The notes under the pieces were generated by a model that did no database searches, was not told the origin of the DNA, and was given only the letters and a program-made list of their open reading frames with translations. The position numbers and the translations under genes were made by a program. From positions 22,072,001 to 22,136,000 of the forward strand of contig OX597840.1 in NCBI GenBank assembly GCA_951406725.2: DNA of 64,000 bases. The letters run 5' to 3'. Positions 41,658 through 53,064 of this stretch are shown here, one piece after another; the stretch's first letter is position 1, and every line of letters starts with the position of its first letter. The DNA comes from Octopus vulgaris (taxonomy: Eukaryota).

Positions 41658-42234
41658 TTTTTCCAATTCCTCAAAACTTCAGTCTTTACTAGGTTTATTT
41701 TACAAGCCTCTTGGTTCTAATTATGGCTTCAAGGTTTGGAATTTCTCCACTGAATCTTTGAGAGATTCACTTATGATAATTTAGTTATTGATGTACAGGA
41801 GTTTCCATTGGCAACCACTGAAATTCCTGTTTTATGGTCTGGAGGACTGTAATAAACAGAAGGGTGTTTATAACTGAAACCTGATATATTTCAGCCTAGA
41901 TGCTAATCTCATTCTGATGGCACCTCTGAACATGGCTTGTGTGTGTGTGTGTGTTTGTGCACATGCATGCATGTGGTGGGTGGGAGGCATGTTTATCTGT
42001 GTGTAAATGTAAAAAATATACGTACATATTGGATTGGATTTGAATGCTCCATCTTGGTTGACTGCTTTTCGTCCTTGTGGGAACAATAAAATATGTACCA
42101 GTTGGGTGCTGGGGTCAATGCAATTGACTATCCACACTCCCATAAAACTACTGGCCTTGTACCAAAGTTTGAAACCAGTATGCATGTGTGTGTGTGTGTG
42201 TGTGTACATATGTGTGCATGCATGTGTACGTGTG

Positions 42235-43124
42235 TATTACACAAAGTATTTAATAAAATCTTCTCACATTGAGCACCATGTTTGGTTTCCATGGCTCATC
42301 AGAGGAAAATAGAGAAGTTTCAAGCATTTTGTCACAATATGTCACACCAATTCCTTCCTCAAGATGCAAAGCATTCTAAAATTGTTTGTCACAAATAGAT
42401 ATTTATATAAAAGAATTCCTAAATAAACTTTCTGTCTCTCTCTTTTCCAACAAAGTGTATTTCTCGTGTTTTCAGCTTACAGTAAAATGACCATTCATTT
42501 TGCCTCGGTCCTCACTGTTTCATGCTGATATGACAGCTTTATAGAATGACAGCATGATTAAAAATTCTCTTTTCAATATTTTCTCAATCAGTTATGAAAG
42601 CAAAACATTGTGTCCATTGATAAGAGATGTTATTAGATAAATAAGCTGTTATATGTCTAGTAATGCAGGCAGTAGCGCTTGCAATATATCTACATATACA
42701 ACCACACACACACACACACGTTTAAATAGCTCTTTTATTCAATGTAGTGTTTACAACTTTTCCACAGTAATAAACACTCTGTGTGAAGCAACAATGTATC
42801 ACAAAGCCACAACATTGATTACATTCTGATACAGAATTTCAGTATTTATCAGCCCGTTCCATGGGAAGTTGAGCACTTTACAAATGTGAATTGCTTGCAG
42901 TTACTGATACAGGCAAACTTGTAAACACATGTTTTGTCTATATACTTATCAATGAAACATATTTTTCATCACTTTGGATTATGACAAAACAACAATTCAT
43001 TTTGCCTTGTCCTGAAAGATTTCTACTGAGATGGCTGCCATATTTATTCTAGACATAAACAACAGGCTCTATATAAAAATAGGGGGCTCAATGCAAATAT
43101 ATATATATATATACACACACATAT

Positions 43125-43155
<31 letters not shown>

Positions 43156-43159
43156 CAGG

Positions 43160-43191
<32 letters not shown>

Positions 43192-43298
43192 CAGACATAG
43201 ATATGGCTGGATACTCTTCCTAATGCCAATAATATGCTATGCTACACCATGATGTTATATATATATATATATAGACAGATGTGTGTGTGTATAATATG

Positions 43299-43350
<52 letters not shown>

Positions 43351-43473
43351 GAAGGAGTTGGTGTGACATATTGTGATAAAATGCTTGAAACTTCTCTATT
43401 TTCCTCTGATGAGCCATAGAAACCAAACTTGGTGCTCAATGTGAGAAGATTTTATTAAATACTTTGTGTAATA
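42235..43473. repeat. ~123-bp inverted repeat pair (42235-42358 / 43351-43473) enclosing ~1 kb
   Basis: tattacacaaagtatttaataaaatcttctcacattgagcacc... is the reverse complement of ...ggtgctcaatgtgagaagattttattaaatactttgtgtaata with few mismatches. Confidence 0.9.
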
Positions 43474-43521
43474 TATATATATTTGCCTAATAGTGGTTTT
43501 ATCTCTAATTTAATTTAATTT

Positions 43522-43572
<51 letters not shown>

Positions 43573-43820
43573 AGGTATGTGTATAATATGTATGTATATA
43601 TATACATGGCTGTGTGATAAGAAGTCCTGGGGTTGAATTCGTCAGCTAAACACCCTTTAAGGCAGTGCTCTAGCATGGCCACTATCAAATGCTTGAAACA
43701 AGTAAAAGAATAAAAGAGCACACACACACACATATGTTTGAGCACTTCTCAACTCATCATCAATAAAATGGTAATTATTAATATCCTTGATTAAAGATTT
43801 TATTTCTTTCTCTCTCTCTC

Positions 43821-43915
43821 TCTCTCTGATGGTGGAATAGTTAGCTTATATGGAAATCTTTACTCAATAGCATATGCTCCACATGCTCAGCCATTCTAGA
43901 AACAGCTGTAAGAGA
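43821..43915 (+). ncRNA. Type I hammerhead ribozyme-like motif (Penelope type, A9G variant)
   Basis: Stem I tctct/agaga; core CTGATGG (43826-43832); stem II base tggaat/attcta; GAAA (43899-43902); palindromic CAGCTG; TA cleavage dinucleotide at 43909-43910. Confidence 0.6.
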
Positions 43916-43998
43916 CTTTACATGTTTACTCTATGGTGCACAGTGTTTAGATTATAAATAAAATGCTCTAAAGTGGTACCACATATTTTGTATGTTCA

Positions 43999-44548
43999 TT
44001 GAAAGTTGCAGAGAGAGTCATAGCCCAACTAATCATGGAGAGAATTGGTCTAGATGTGATGCAGTTTGGCTTTGTGCCAGGTAGAAGCACCACTTATGCT
44101 ATATTTCTGGTAAGGCAACTACAGGAGAAATACCTAGCCAACGCTAAACCTCTGTACCTGGCTTTTGCTGACTTGGAGAAAGCTTTTGACAGAGTCCCCC
44201 GATCCGTTATCTGGTGATCAGTGTGGAAACTAGGGATAGACAAGTGGTTGGTAAGAGCTGTACAAGCCTTGTACAGGGATGCTACCAGTAAGGTGAGGGT
44301 GGGCAACAAGTACAGTAAAGAATTCAGGGTACAAGTAGAGATTCATCAAGGATCAGTGCTCATCCCCTTTTTGTTCATCATAGTCCTCCAGGTAATAACA
44401 GAGGAATTCAAGACAGGATGCCCCTGGAGCTCCTCTATGCTGATGACCTTGCTCTTATACCTGTTACTACCAGAACTAGAGAAGGAGTCCCAGGTATGGA
44501 AACAAGGTCTAGAATCAAAGGGACTTAGAGTTAACCTAGCAAAAACTT
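43999..44548 (+). mobile_element. RTE LINE RT-domain fragment
   Basis: QFGFVPGRSTTYAIF..AFADLEKAFDRVPR..HQGSVLIP..; YADD present in a shifted frame. Confidence 0.92.
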
Positions 44549-45510
44549 GGAGTACTTCCAAGTTCAGTTCCTGTAACTTGAGTAGCATTCTTTGTGCAAC
44601 ATGTGGTCAAGCATTGTCTTGCAAGAGAACTGGCCTGTCTCTATTGACCAATCTTGGTCGTTTAATTGCAAGTTCACTCATCATTTCATCCAGTTGGTTG
44701 TTGTATACATCCGCTGTAACTGACTTACCAGGTCTCATGAAGCTGTAGGGGATGACATCAGTGTTGGACCACCAAACTGACACCATTTGCTTTTTTTGGT
44801 GAATATTCTTTGTTTTGGCACTTCATTTCTATCTAACCATTGTGCAGAATACTTGCCATTGTTGAAAAGAATCCATTTTCCATCACATGTAACAATATGA
44901 TGCAAAAATGTTTCGCTTTTATGCCGAGACAGCAAAGAACAGCAAGTTTCAAGACAACATGTCCTTTGATGCTCGTTCAATTTGTGTGGTACCCGCTTGT
45001 CCAGCTTCTTTACCTTGCTAATTTGTTTCAGGTGGTCCAATACAGTTGGAATCGATGCATCAAACTTCGCTGCTAACTCATGCATAGTTTGAGATGTATC
45101 TGCTTCTGCTATAGTTTCCAGCTCATCATTATCCACCTCAGCTCTACCATGGGACTGATTTTCAAGAGTAAAGTCACCAGACGAGAACTTCTCAAACCAT
45201 CAACGTACAGTCTACTCATTCGGCGCATTTTCCCCAAACACTCCATTGATGTTTTGAGCTGTCTGGGATGCATTGGTTCCACAACAGAACTCATTCATAA
45301 AGAACACAAATGTTTTATCTATCTATGGGTTCACAAAAATTGATTTACAAGAGAAAATTCTCAATGTAATCAGACACCATGAATTGTATTGTGAAAAGTG
45401 ATGATGTAACCCTTCAATGTTGTAAAACAAAGAATTGTCAGGATAAAACATTAGAGTTAATGACTGTCAAACTTGGTGCATAAGAAAATCGGACACTTCA
45501 TTCTTAATGA

Positions 45511-45516
<6 letters not shown>
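44549..45516 (-). mobile_element. 3'-truncated mariner transposase pseudogene
   Basis: DNDELETIAEAD..KKLDKRVPHKL (WVPHEL motif)..IVTCDGKWI (TGDEKW motif); HTH relic upstream; probable TIR at about 45485-45516 abutting (TA)n. Confidence 0.88.
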
Positions 45517-45540
<24 letters not shown>

Positions 45541-45542
<2 letters not shown>

Positions 45543-45776
45543 GGTCTACCTCTCAACTTCTGTTCTTTCAACATGTGATCTCTTGAGCACCACCAGCAAA
45601 AATATTTTTTTCCTCTGTCTTCCCTTCTTGGGATCTTTCCTTCTCCTTGTTTCCGACGAAGAGCTCCGCTCGAAACGTTAAACCCTCCTTCCCTTCTTTC
45701 CTGAGCGTCAAATAATACTTTAATTGTTCCATGTCCTCGCGTTGGTGTGTTTTTTTCTGTGTTTTCTTGTTTGGAT

Positions 45777-45780
<4 letters not shown>
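45541..45780 (+). mobile_element. Solo Penelope-like pLTR fragment between two (TA)n tracts
   Basis: Contains the minimal hammerhead at 45649-45683 followed by a T-rich tail; flanked by TA arrays on both sides. Confidence 0.6.
45649..45683 (+). ncRNA. Minimal type I hammerhead ribozyme motif (U4C variant)
   Basis: gttt-CCGACGA-a-gagc(tcc)gctc-GAAA-CG-TT-aaac; stems I and II pair perfectly; AACGTT palindrome. Confidence 0.65.
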
Positions 45781-45850
<70 letters not shown>

Positions 45851-46487
45851 TGTATGTGTAAATATATATATATGTGTTATTGTAACATCATTTTATACAG
45901 AACAAGAGAGAGAAAGCGAGAGAAAGAGAGAGAATTAGTGAAGTTTTCTAAAATATTTAAATATTTCAACAACACTTCCATTAACGGATTAGTCTGTTGA
46001 TTAATGGCGTCCTTCCTGTTTTGTTCATTGCTCAAGATTTCAGATTTGATAACACACAGTTGTGACATAAGCCAGCAACCCAGTGAGAACAGGTAGAAAT
46101 GTGAATTTATATTCCAGCTGGTCTAGAATCAGCAACTTTCCATTAGTATTAGATCGCTGTAGGTGTTCTATTTCCTATTCCAGGAATGGTATTTACATCT
46201 GCCAGTCAATTAAGTTCCATTCGACTGAAATTGGAAAATGTATAGGTTTTTAATTCAGTATTTTAAGCAACTCTTCACCCAGTGCCTAAAATTTGCATCA
46301 TATTTTGTTCAAATATGTTATATATATATATATATATATATATTAAATTAGAGATAAAACCACTATTAGGCAAATCAAACAGTGAAAAACAAACCAAAAC
46401 ACAGAAATAAAATTAATATAATATACAAAATATATAAAATATAAAATTCAAAAATTATTCATTTATACTTATAAATTATACTTATAA

Positions 46488-46539
<52 letters not shown>

Positions 46540-46690
46540 ATTTTTATTTTTATCATTATTTTTAATCTAATTTTTATTTTTTAAATTTTTTTTATTTTTT
46601 ATTATATATTTATTTAATTTTTTAAATTTTTATTTTAATATATATAACTATCAAAAAGTATTAAAAAATTTAATATAAGATAATAAGTAA

Positions 46691-46790
46691 AACCACTACG
46701 ATCGTTTCATGCCCATAACCTAATTCGAATAACAATAATTTAAATTCAATTAATAATTCGAATTATGGTTATAGTCAATCTTCAGGTTAA
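46691..46790 (-). ncRNA. Type I hammerhead ribozyme motif, left arm
   Basis: Reverse complement of the motif at 49008-49106. Confidence 0.6.
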
Positions 46791-49007
46791 TGATAATATT
46801 TAAATAAATAATCAAATATATTTAAACAATATTTTTTTTAAGAAATAAATACAATAATATTTTTTCTTATAAAAAACTCTATTATCAAACTAGAAACTTT
46901 AACGATTATGATTATGTCATACAATCGATTATAATGTTAAATATTAATTTTTAAGTATTAATTTTTAAGGTAAGAATAGATAGAAAATGTATTTATCTAT
47001 TCAGATATAATATGGCTTTAAAAAAAACATAATAAACCCACAAATAATCTAATCTCAGTTATAGTCAATATCTAATTACCTATATAATTAAAAAAATAAA
47101 ATCACTAATCATATTTTATTAAATTCAATCTCAAGTCAAACAACTATATGATATTTGAACAATAACCAAACCATCAATGAACACATACAAATGTATATAA
47201 ATATAAGAATTTATATGAGTATGGGAGTTGGGATCTGGGATTGTCTCTATCAATGAGTGTATATGCGCGTGTGGTGGGGACCTGTTGGATTAATTGTTCA
47301 TTGTTGCTTATTGGAGGATTGGGGATGAGGGAGCTAGTTGTGGACGAGCAGGCGGGCTATCTTGTTGGAACTCTAGCTGGTTAACGATCCATGTATCTCA
47401 TTGGCTGGTTGGTAACTTGCAGGGGCCGTGTAGTTGGGAACTGGAATGAAATGGTAAAGTGCTTGATGAAGTGATCAATCCATGGTTGTGTGGTATCCGA
47501 TAGGTGCTACTAAAATGTTTGTCGGTGGAAGGAGTACTGCTGCCAATTGTCAGTTGAAGGGGGAAATGTGTGGGTTGTAGTAACAATTATAAAATGTTTG
47601 AGGTGGCTATCAACAGTTGTGGTTGTTAAAGACTGGAATTTGAGCTGTCAATGCATGTATGTGCATGAAGCCTGGCTTTGGAGGGCTCGTGTAACTGTTG
47701 GCGATCAATGTGTCTCTTTGGCTGGGTGGGGTCTTGTGGATGGACGTGGAGTTGGAATCTAATAATTGGGTGGAGGGGGCTGCGATAGCTGGATCATTGC
47801 ATGGCAATCAGTATTTGTGTGAAGTGCAGAATTGTACAATGGGACTTTTTGAAGTATTTAAATTTTAAAATTTGGAAATCTTAGATGTGAATATATACTT
47901 ATCTTTGCAAAGATAAGTATATGTTTGTATTTGGGATTTTTAGATTTTGAAATTTAAATGTTTTGGTAGGACTTATGGTATAATTTTGTATAGGTACTGA
48001 TTGTTGTGCAGTGATTTAGTTGTCGTGGTTTTTTCTATTTAATTATTGGATTTTGGATCTACGTTTGTTCGTGGGACTTTGCTTGGCCAAGGAGATGTAT
48101 TGATCGTTAACAGTTGTACGAGTTTTTTAAAGTTGGGTTTCATGTGTATGCATGTATTGGTGGCTTGGATTTTGGTCTTTAATAGTTGTAATTTTTGATA
48201 GTTATTTTAGGTATTTTATAATTGTTGTTATAACTTGTATGTTTCTTTTTTCAATTGAAGATTGGTAGTGGTATTTTTTCCATTGATAAGTGTGTTAGTG
48301 GTATTTGTTGGATACTGTATAGCTGCAGATTGATTATTTCATTAAGTGTTTTGTTGTTTCATTTTAGTTCTTAACTATACGGTTTTTGTAGGTTATTAGT
48401 TGGCCAACGAGATGTATGGATCGTTAATTAGTTGTGAAGTTCTTTTGGAATGGTTTGTTTGTTTGTTTACAGTCGGCTTTTTCATCTTTAATCTTTTAAT
48501 GTATTTATAAGTGGTAAAGAATAATTAATTTATTAGGTCTTTGTTATACGTGCATATATACTTGTTGATGGAGATAGTTTTGGATCTTAATTCTTATATT
48601 TATATACACTTGTATGAGTTCATTGATGGTTTGGTTATTGTTCAAATATTATATAGTTATTTGACTTGAAATTGAATTTAATAATGATTAGTGATTTTTT
48701 TTTTTTGTTAAATATTTAGGTAATTAGATATTGACTATAACTGAGATTAGATTATTTGTGGGTTTATTATGTTTTTTAAAGCCATATTATATCTGAATAG
48801 ATAAATACATTTTCTATCTATTCTTACCTTAAAAATTAATACTTAAAAATTAATATTTAACATTATAATTGATTGTATGACATAATCATAATCGTTAAAG
48901 TTTCTAGTTTGATAATAGAGTTTTTTATAAGAAAAATTATTATTTTATTTATTTCTTTAAAAAAATATTGTTTAAATATATTTGATTATTTATTTAAATA
49001 TTATCAT

Positions 49008-49106
49008 TAACCTGAAGATTGACTATAACCATAATTCGAATTATTAATTGAATTTAAATTATTGTTATTCGAATTAGGTTATGGGCATGAAACGATCGTA
49101 GTGGTT
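49008..49106 (+). ncRNA. Type I hammerhead ribozyme motif with 70-nt stem-loop II, right arm
   Basis: Canonical CTGAAGA (49012-49018); stem II tataaccataattcgaat..attcgaattaggttatg; GAAA (49089-49092); palindromic CGATCG; TA with predicted cut after 49100; stem I is weak. Confidence 0.6.
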
Positions 49107-49225
49107 TTACTTATTATCTTATATTAAACTTTTTAATACTTTTTGATAGTTATATATATTAATAATAAAAATTTTTTAAATTAAACAAATATATAATTAA
49201 AAAAATAAAAGATAATAAAAATAAA

Positions 49226-49271
<46 letters not shown>

Positions 49272-49855
49272 CTATAGGTATAATTTATAAGTATAAATTA
49301 ATAATTAAAAAATTTTTTTAAATTTTAACTTTAAATTTTGAATTTTATATATTTTGTGTATTATATTAATTAATTTTATTTCTATGTTTTGGTTTATGTT
49401 TTTCACTGTTTTGATTTGCCTAATAGTGGTTTTATCTCTAATTTAATATATATATATTTATACTGTAAAATTAGATTTAATCCTAAATCTAATTTTTCCC
49501 TGTAAATTTGGATTTACTCCCTAATATTATTATCATATATATATATATATATACATATATATAGGCACAGTGAAGGCTTGTGACATAGGGTATTTAGCTC
49601 ATGGTTGTAAGTTTCATGAGTTCAATACCTGGCAAGACACTTTATTTCACCTTTCTCCAGTCCACTCAGCTGGCAAAAATGAGTAGCACCTGCATTTCAA
49701 ATGACAGCCTTTTCACATTTTTAGAACTATGTGAAGGGTATGTGTGTCTATGGAGTACTCAGCCACTTGCACATTAATTTCACAAGCAGGCTGTTCCGTT
49801 GATCGAATCAACTGGAAACCTCGTCATCGTAACCAACAGAGTGCCAGTTCTATAG

Positions 49856-50258
49856 GCACTGTCATGGCTGTGTGGTAGGAAGCTTGCTTCCCAATCACAT
49901 GATTCCAGGTTCAGTTCAATTGTGTGGCACCTTGGGCAAGTGTCTTCTACTAAAGCCTCAGGCCAACCAAAGCCTTGTGAGTAGAATTGGTGGATGGAAA
50001 CTGAAAGAAGCCTGTTGTATATATTTATGGTAGTGTGTGTGTCTTGTGTCTGTGTTTGTTCCCTACCATTGCTTAACAACCAGTGTTGGTGTGTTTACAT
50101 CCCTGAAACTTAGTGGTCCAGCAAAAAGCAACCGATAGAATAAATACAAGCCTTTAAAAGAAAAATAAGCACTGGCATTGATTTATTTGACTAAAAATTC
50201 TTCAAAGTTGTGCCCCAGCATGGCCACAGTATAATGACTGAAACAAATAAAAGAAAAA
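49856..50258 (+). mobile_element. Full-length tRNA-derived SINE (main family)
   Basis: ggctgtgtggtaggaagc A box, ggttcagttc B box, ccttgggcaagtg body and actgaaacaaataaaagaaaaag tail. Confidence 0.8.
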
Positions 50259-50265
50259 GGATATA

Positions 50266-50648
50266 TATTCTTTTACTTGTTTCAGTTATCAGACGGAGGC
50301 CATGCTGGGGTGCCGCCTTGAAAAATTTTTTTAGTTAGATATATCAACTCCAGTACTTATCCTATCAGTCTCTTTTGCTGAACTGCTAAGTTACGGAGAC
50401 ATCAACATATCAGCACCAGTTGTCAAGGAGTGGTGGGGGATAAACACAGACACAAATACACACACACACACACACATACATATATACCGTGAGCTTCTTT
50501 CAGTTTCCATCTACCAAATCCTCTGACAAGGCTTTGGTCAGCCTGGGGCTATAGTAGAAGACACCTACCCAAGGTGCCATGCAGTGGGACTGAACCCAAA
50601 ACCATGTGGTTAGGAAGCAAGCTTCTTATGACACAGCCATGCCTGTGC
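50266..50648 (-). mobile_element. Full-length SINE of the same family, tail-to-tail with the preceding copy
   Basis: Reverse complement of the 49856-50258 family. Confidence 0.8.
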
Positions 50649-51399
50649 TTCCATACAGCTATACCTTTATATATTTATTACAGAAAATAAAGGAAATATC
50701 CAAAGCTCAATAACTGTGAGAACTGCTTAGAAGACCAAATAAATACCCTTGGAAGATAGAAAAAAAAAAAGCTTCTACCAAGAATCAAACCCTGAACCTC
50801 TCAAATTCTGGTTGAGCACCCTGTACCTCTAAGCTAAGTGACCCCTGACAACAGATACAGCCTTTTACAATGTTAAATAATAGCGTTTTGGAATGTGACA
50901 GCATTTTTATAAATAAACTTTAAAGCACTGAGTGATAGATATATATATATATGAAGGGCTTCTTTCAGTTTCCATTTACCAAATACACCCACAAAGCTTT
51001 TGTCAGCCAGAGGCTATTGTAGAAGAAACTTGTCCAAGGTGCCATACAGTGGGACAGATCCCACAACCATGTGGCTGGGAAGCAAGCTTCTCACCACACA
51101 TTTTGGATTCCACACCTCACCACAATTTTCCCACCCCCACTAATGGGGCATATACCCCACATTGGGAATCACTGCTTTGGAGCCTTTAATTTATAATTTA
51201 CAATTCAAACATAATGCAAAGTAGTTACAGTAAATTGGTAACTGTTTATTATAATTACTCTGTATTATGTTTCAATTATAAATTAAAGTCCCTGAAGTGA
51301 TACCACGTGTTTTGCTTGCTTGTTCTCTGTTTCTAATATGAATGAATGAATGAATATATGTATGTATCTATCTATCTATGTGTGTCATTATTTAGTTTT

Positions 51400-51885
51400 A
51401 TTTCAAGATTTCCTGCGAATAGAGAAAGATCCAGTTTCTAACTGAGATGCAATACTCCTTCATTGGGATTTCAGCATCAACAACAGAGTATTTTTGTATG
51501 CATGTATGTATACATGCAGATTTGTATGTTTTTCTTTATGTATGTATTCTCATGCATATAGTTACATATCTAGACATGCTCATATATACTTGAATGATGA
51601 ACATCTGGAAAGTTTTACATATTTTTACAGTTCCAGTGATGGATTGGATCCGTAGTCTTCGAATCAGCTTTCTTCTTTCTGGTTTTGAGAAGCCTAATTT
51701 CTGAAGATTGGTATTTAGGCAGTGTGCTACATATCCCAGTGCCCCAATAATTACAGGTACAAATCTGAACTTGTAATCTGCATAGAGTAGCTGTAGATTC
51801 TTCAATAATTCAGCATAGGTATTTTTTTTTTACACTCATCTTTAGCTTTATGTTAACATCCGCTGGGCAGCTGATTTCCACTACT
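51400..51885 (-). mobile_element. 3' fragment of an RLE-type (R4/Dong/NeSL-like) non-LTR retrotransposon
   Basis: VVEISCPADVNIKLK..YAELLKNLQLLYADYKFRFVPVIIGALG, typical of a restriction-like endonuclease C-terminus. Confidence 0.75.
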
Positions 51886-52852
51886 TGTGTATATATGTGT
51901 GTATGTAGATATGTATATTTCCTGTGCCTCTTTTATCTTCACTTTCTATAATGTTCTATAATGGAGACTGATTTCTTTTTCTTCTCTTTACAGATTTTTG
52001 AAAATCCTGTCGGTGATCCCTTCATGACTTTGTGTTGGTCACCTGTTGATGTCCAGCTGAAGAATTGTAAAACATCTTCCTGCTAATATTGTGATATTAG
52101 GTTATCAACCTCTGCAGGTTAATGACCTCTTCATATTAATGAGCTTCCAAGGCCAATGGTCTTCAGAAAATGATGGCCTCCCAACAGTGGTGACCTTTTG
52201 ACTTTCTCCAGACAACAACTTTACGTTTTATTTGTGGGTTTCTTCTCAACAGATTGAACTGAACTCATGAACCAGTACCCACTCACACACAAAGATATGT
52301 ATATATACACACAGCAGTATGCATATATATTAAGTAAAGTTATAACCTGTAACCAGACACAAATTTAAAGGTCACTCCAAAGCGGGTTTTTTTTTTTTAC
52401 TTTTGTAACTTTTTTATTCAAAGCTAGTGGGAGACACACTTCTTCAGTTTTCATCAACTCCCTCCATTTACTGATACTAATTTTATAAATCTCCAATCAC
52501 AGGCATGCAGACAATCCACAGCCAACTGCATAATATATACATATCCATGATCACTAGTTTGTTAATCTAGATCTTTCTCTTGTAGTATTTGACTTCAACG
52601 AGACCAAAGGACTTCCACATAAAAACCAACTGCCAGTTTCTAAAACCCTCCTTCAACACTTGAGTTTGTATTTTATCTGACACAAATGCTGGACATTATG
52701 TTGGCAAGATCGAGACCACAACAATCAGCCTAAACTATTCCTGCTTCAGCTTTGTTATACTTAATTGCTTGTACGTCTACCTCAGCCCCTACTTGAACTT
52801 AACCCCTTCTGCTTCTCCCTGTACACCTACTGCCAAAATTTTCCTTCTTTTA

Positions 52853-53064
52853 TTTACCTTCAGCATCTAATCCAGCCATATCCAGCCAAAATATTCTGTT
52901 CAAAGCAACCAGATCAGGCCTCTCACAACTACCCTACAATGTCAATCTAAAAACAATCACATCATGTAAATCTTGAGGCTATGAGATAATTCACGATTAA
53001 TTTAAAACAATGTTAATAAATAAACGTTACATTTGACAGGATACTCTGAATGTTAAAGGGTTAA
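52853..53064. mobile_element. TTAA-flanked MITE, same family as 18793-19006
   Basis: tttaccttcagcatc..ccagccatatccagcc..ctgaatgttaaagggTTAA. Confidence 0.6.

Larger units (their letters stand above)
46342..49447. mobile_element. 3.1 kb non-autonomous element with ~0.87 kb inverted arms (46342-47211 / 48589-49447), Penelope-pLTR-like
   Basis: Arms are reverse complements (attaaattagagataaaaccactattaggcaaatc / gatttgcctaatagtggttttatctctaatttaat), each with an internal (TA)n tract and an HHR motif; TA-flanked; no long ORF in the spacer. Confidence 0.85.

Noticed and set aside
42490-43015. Repeated attcattttgcct as a miRNA pair
   Set aside because: No clear precursor hairpin or match to a known mature sequence.
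46342-47211. Mitochondrial control-region insertion (NUMT), suggested by extreme AT content
   Set aside because: No mitochondrial gene, tRNA or rRNA similarity seen; better explained as the inverted arm of a repeat element.
49862-49925. tRNA genes
   Set aside because: The A/B-box segments are SINE heads continuing into SINE bodies and do not form a full cloverleaf.
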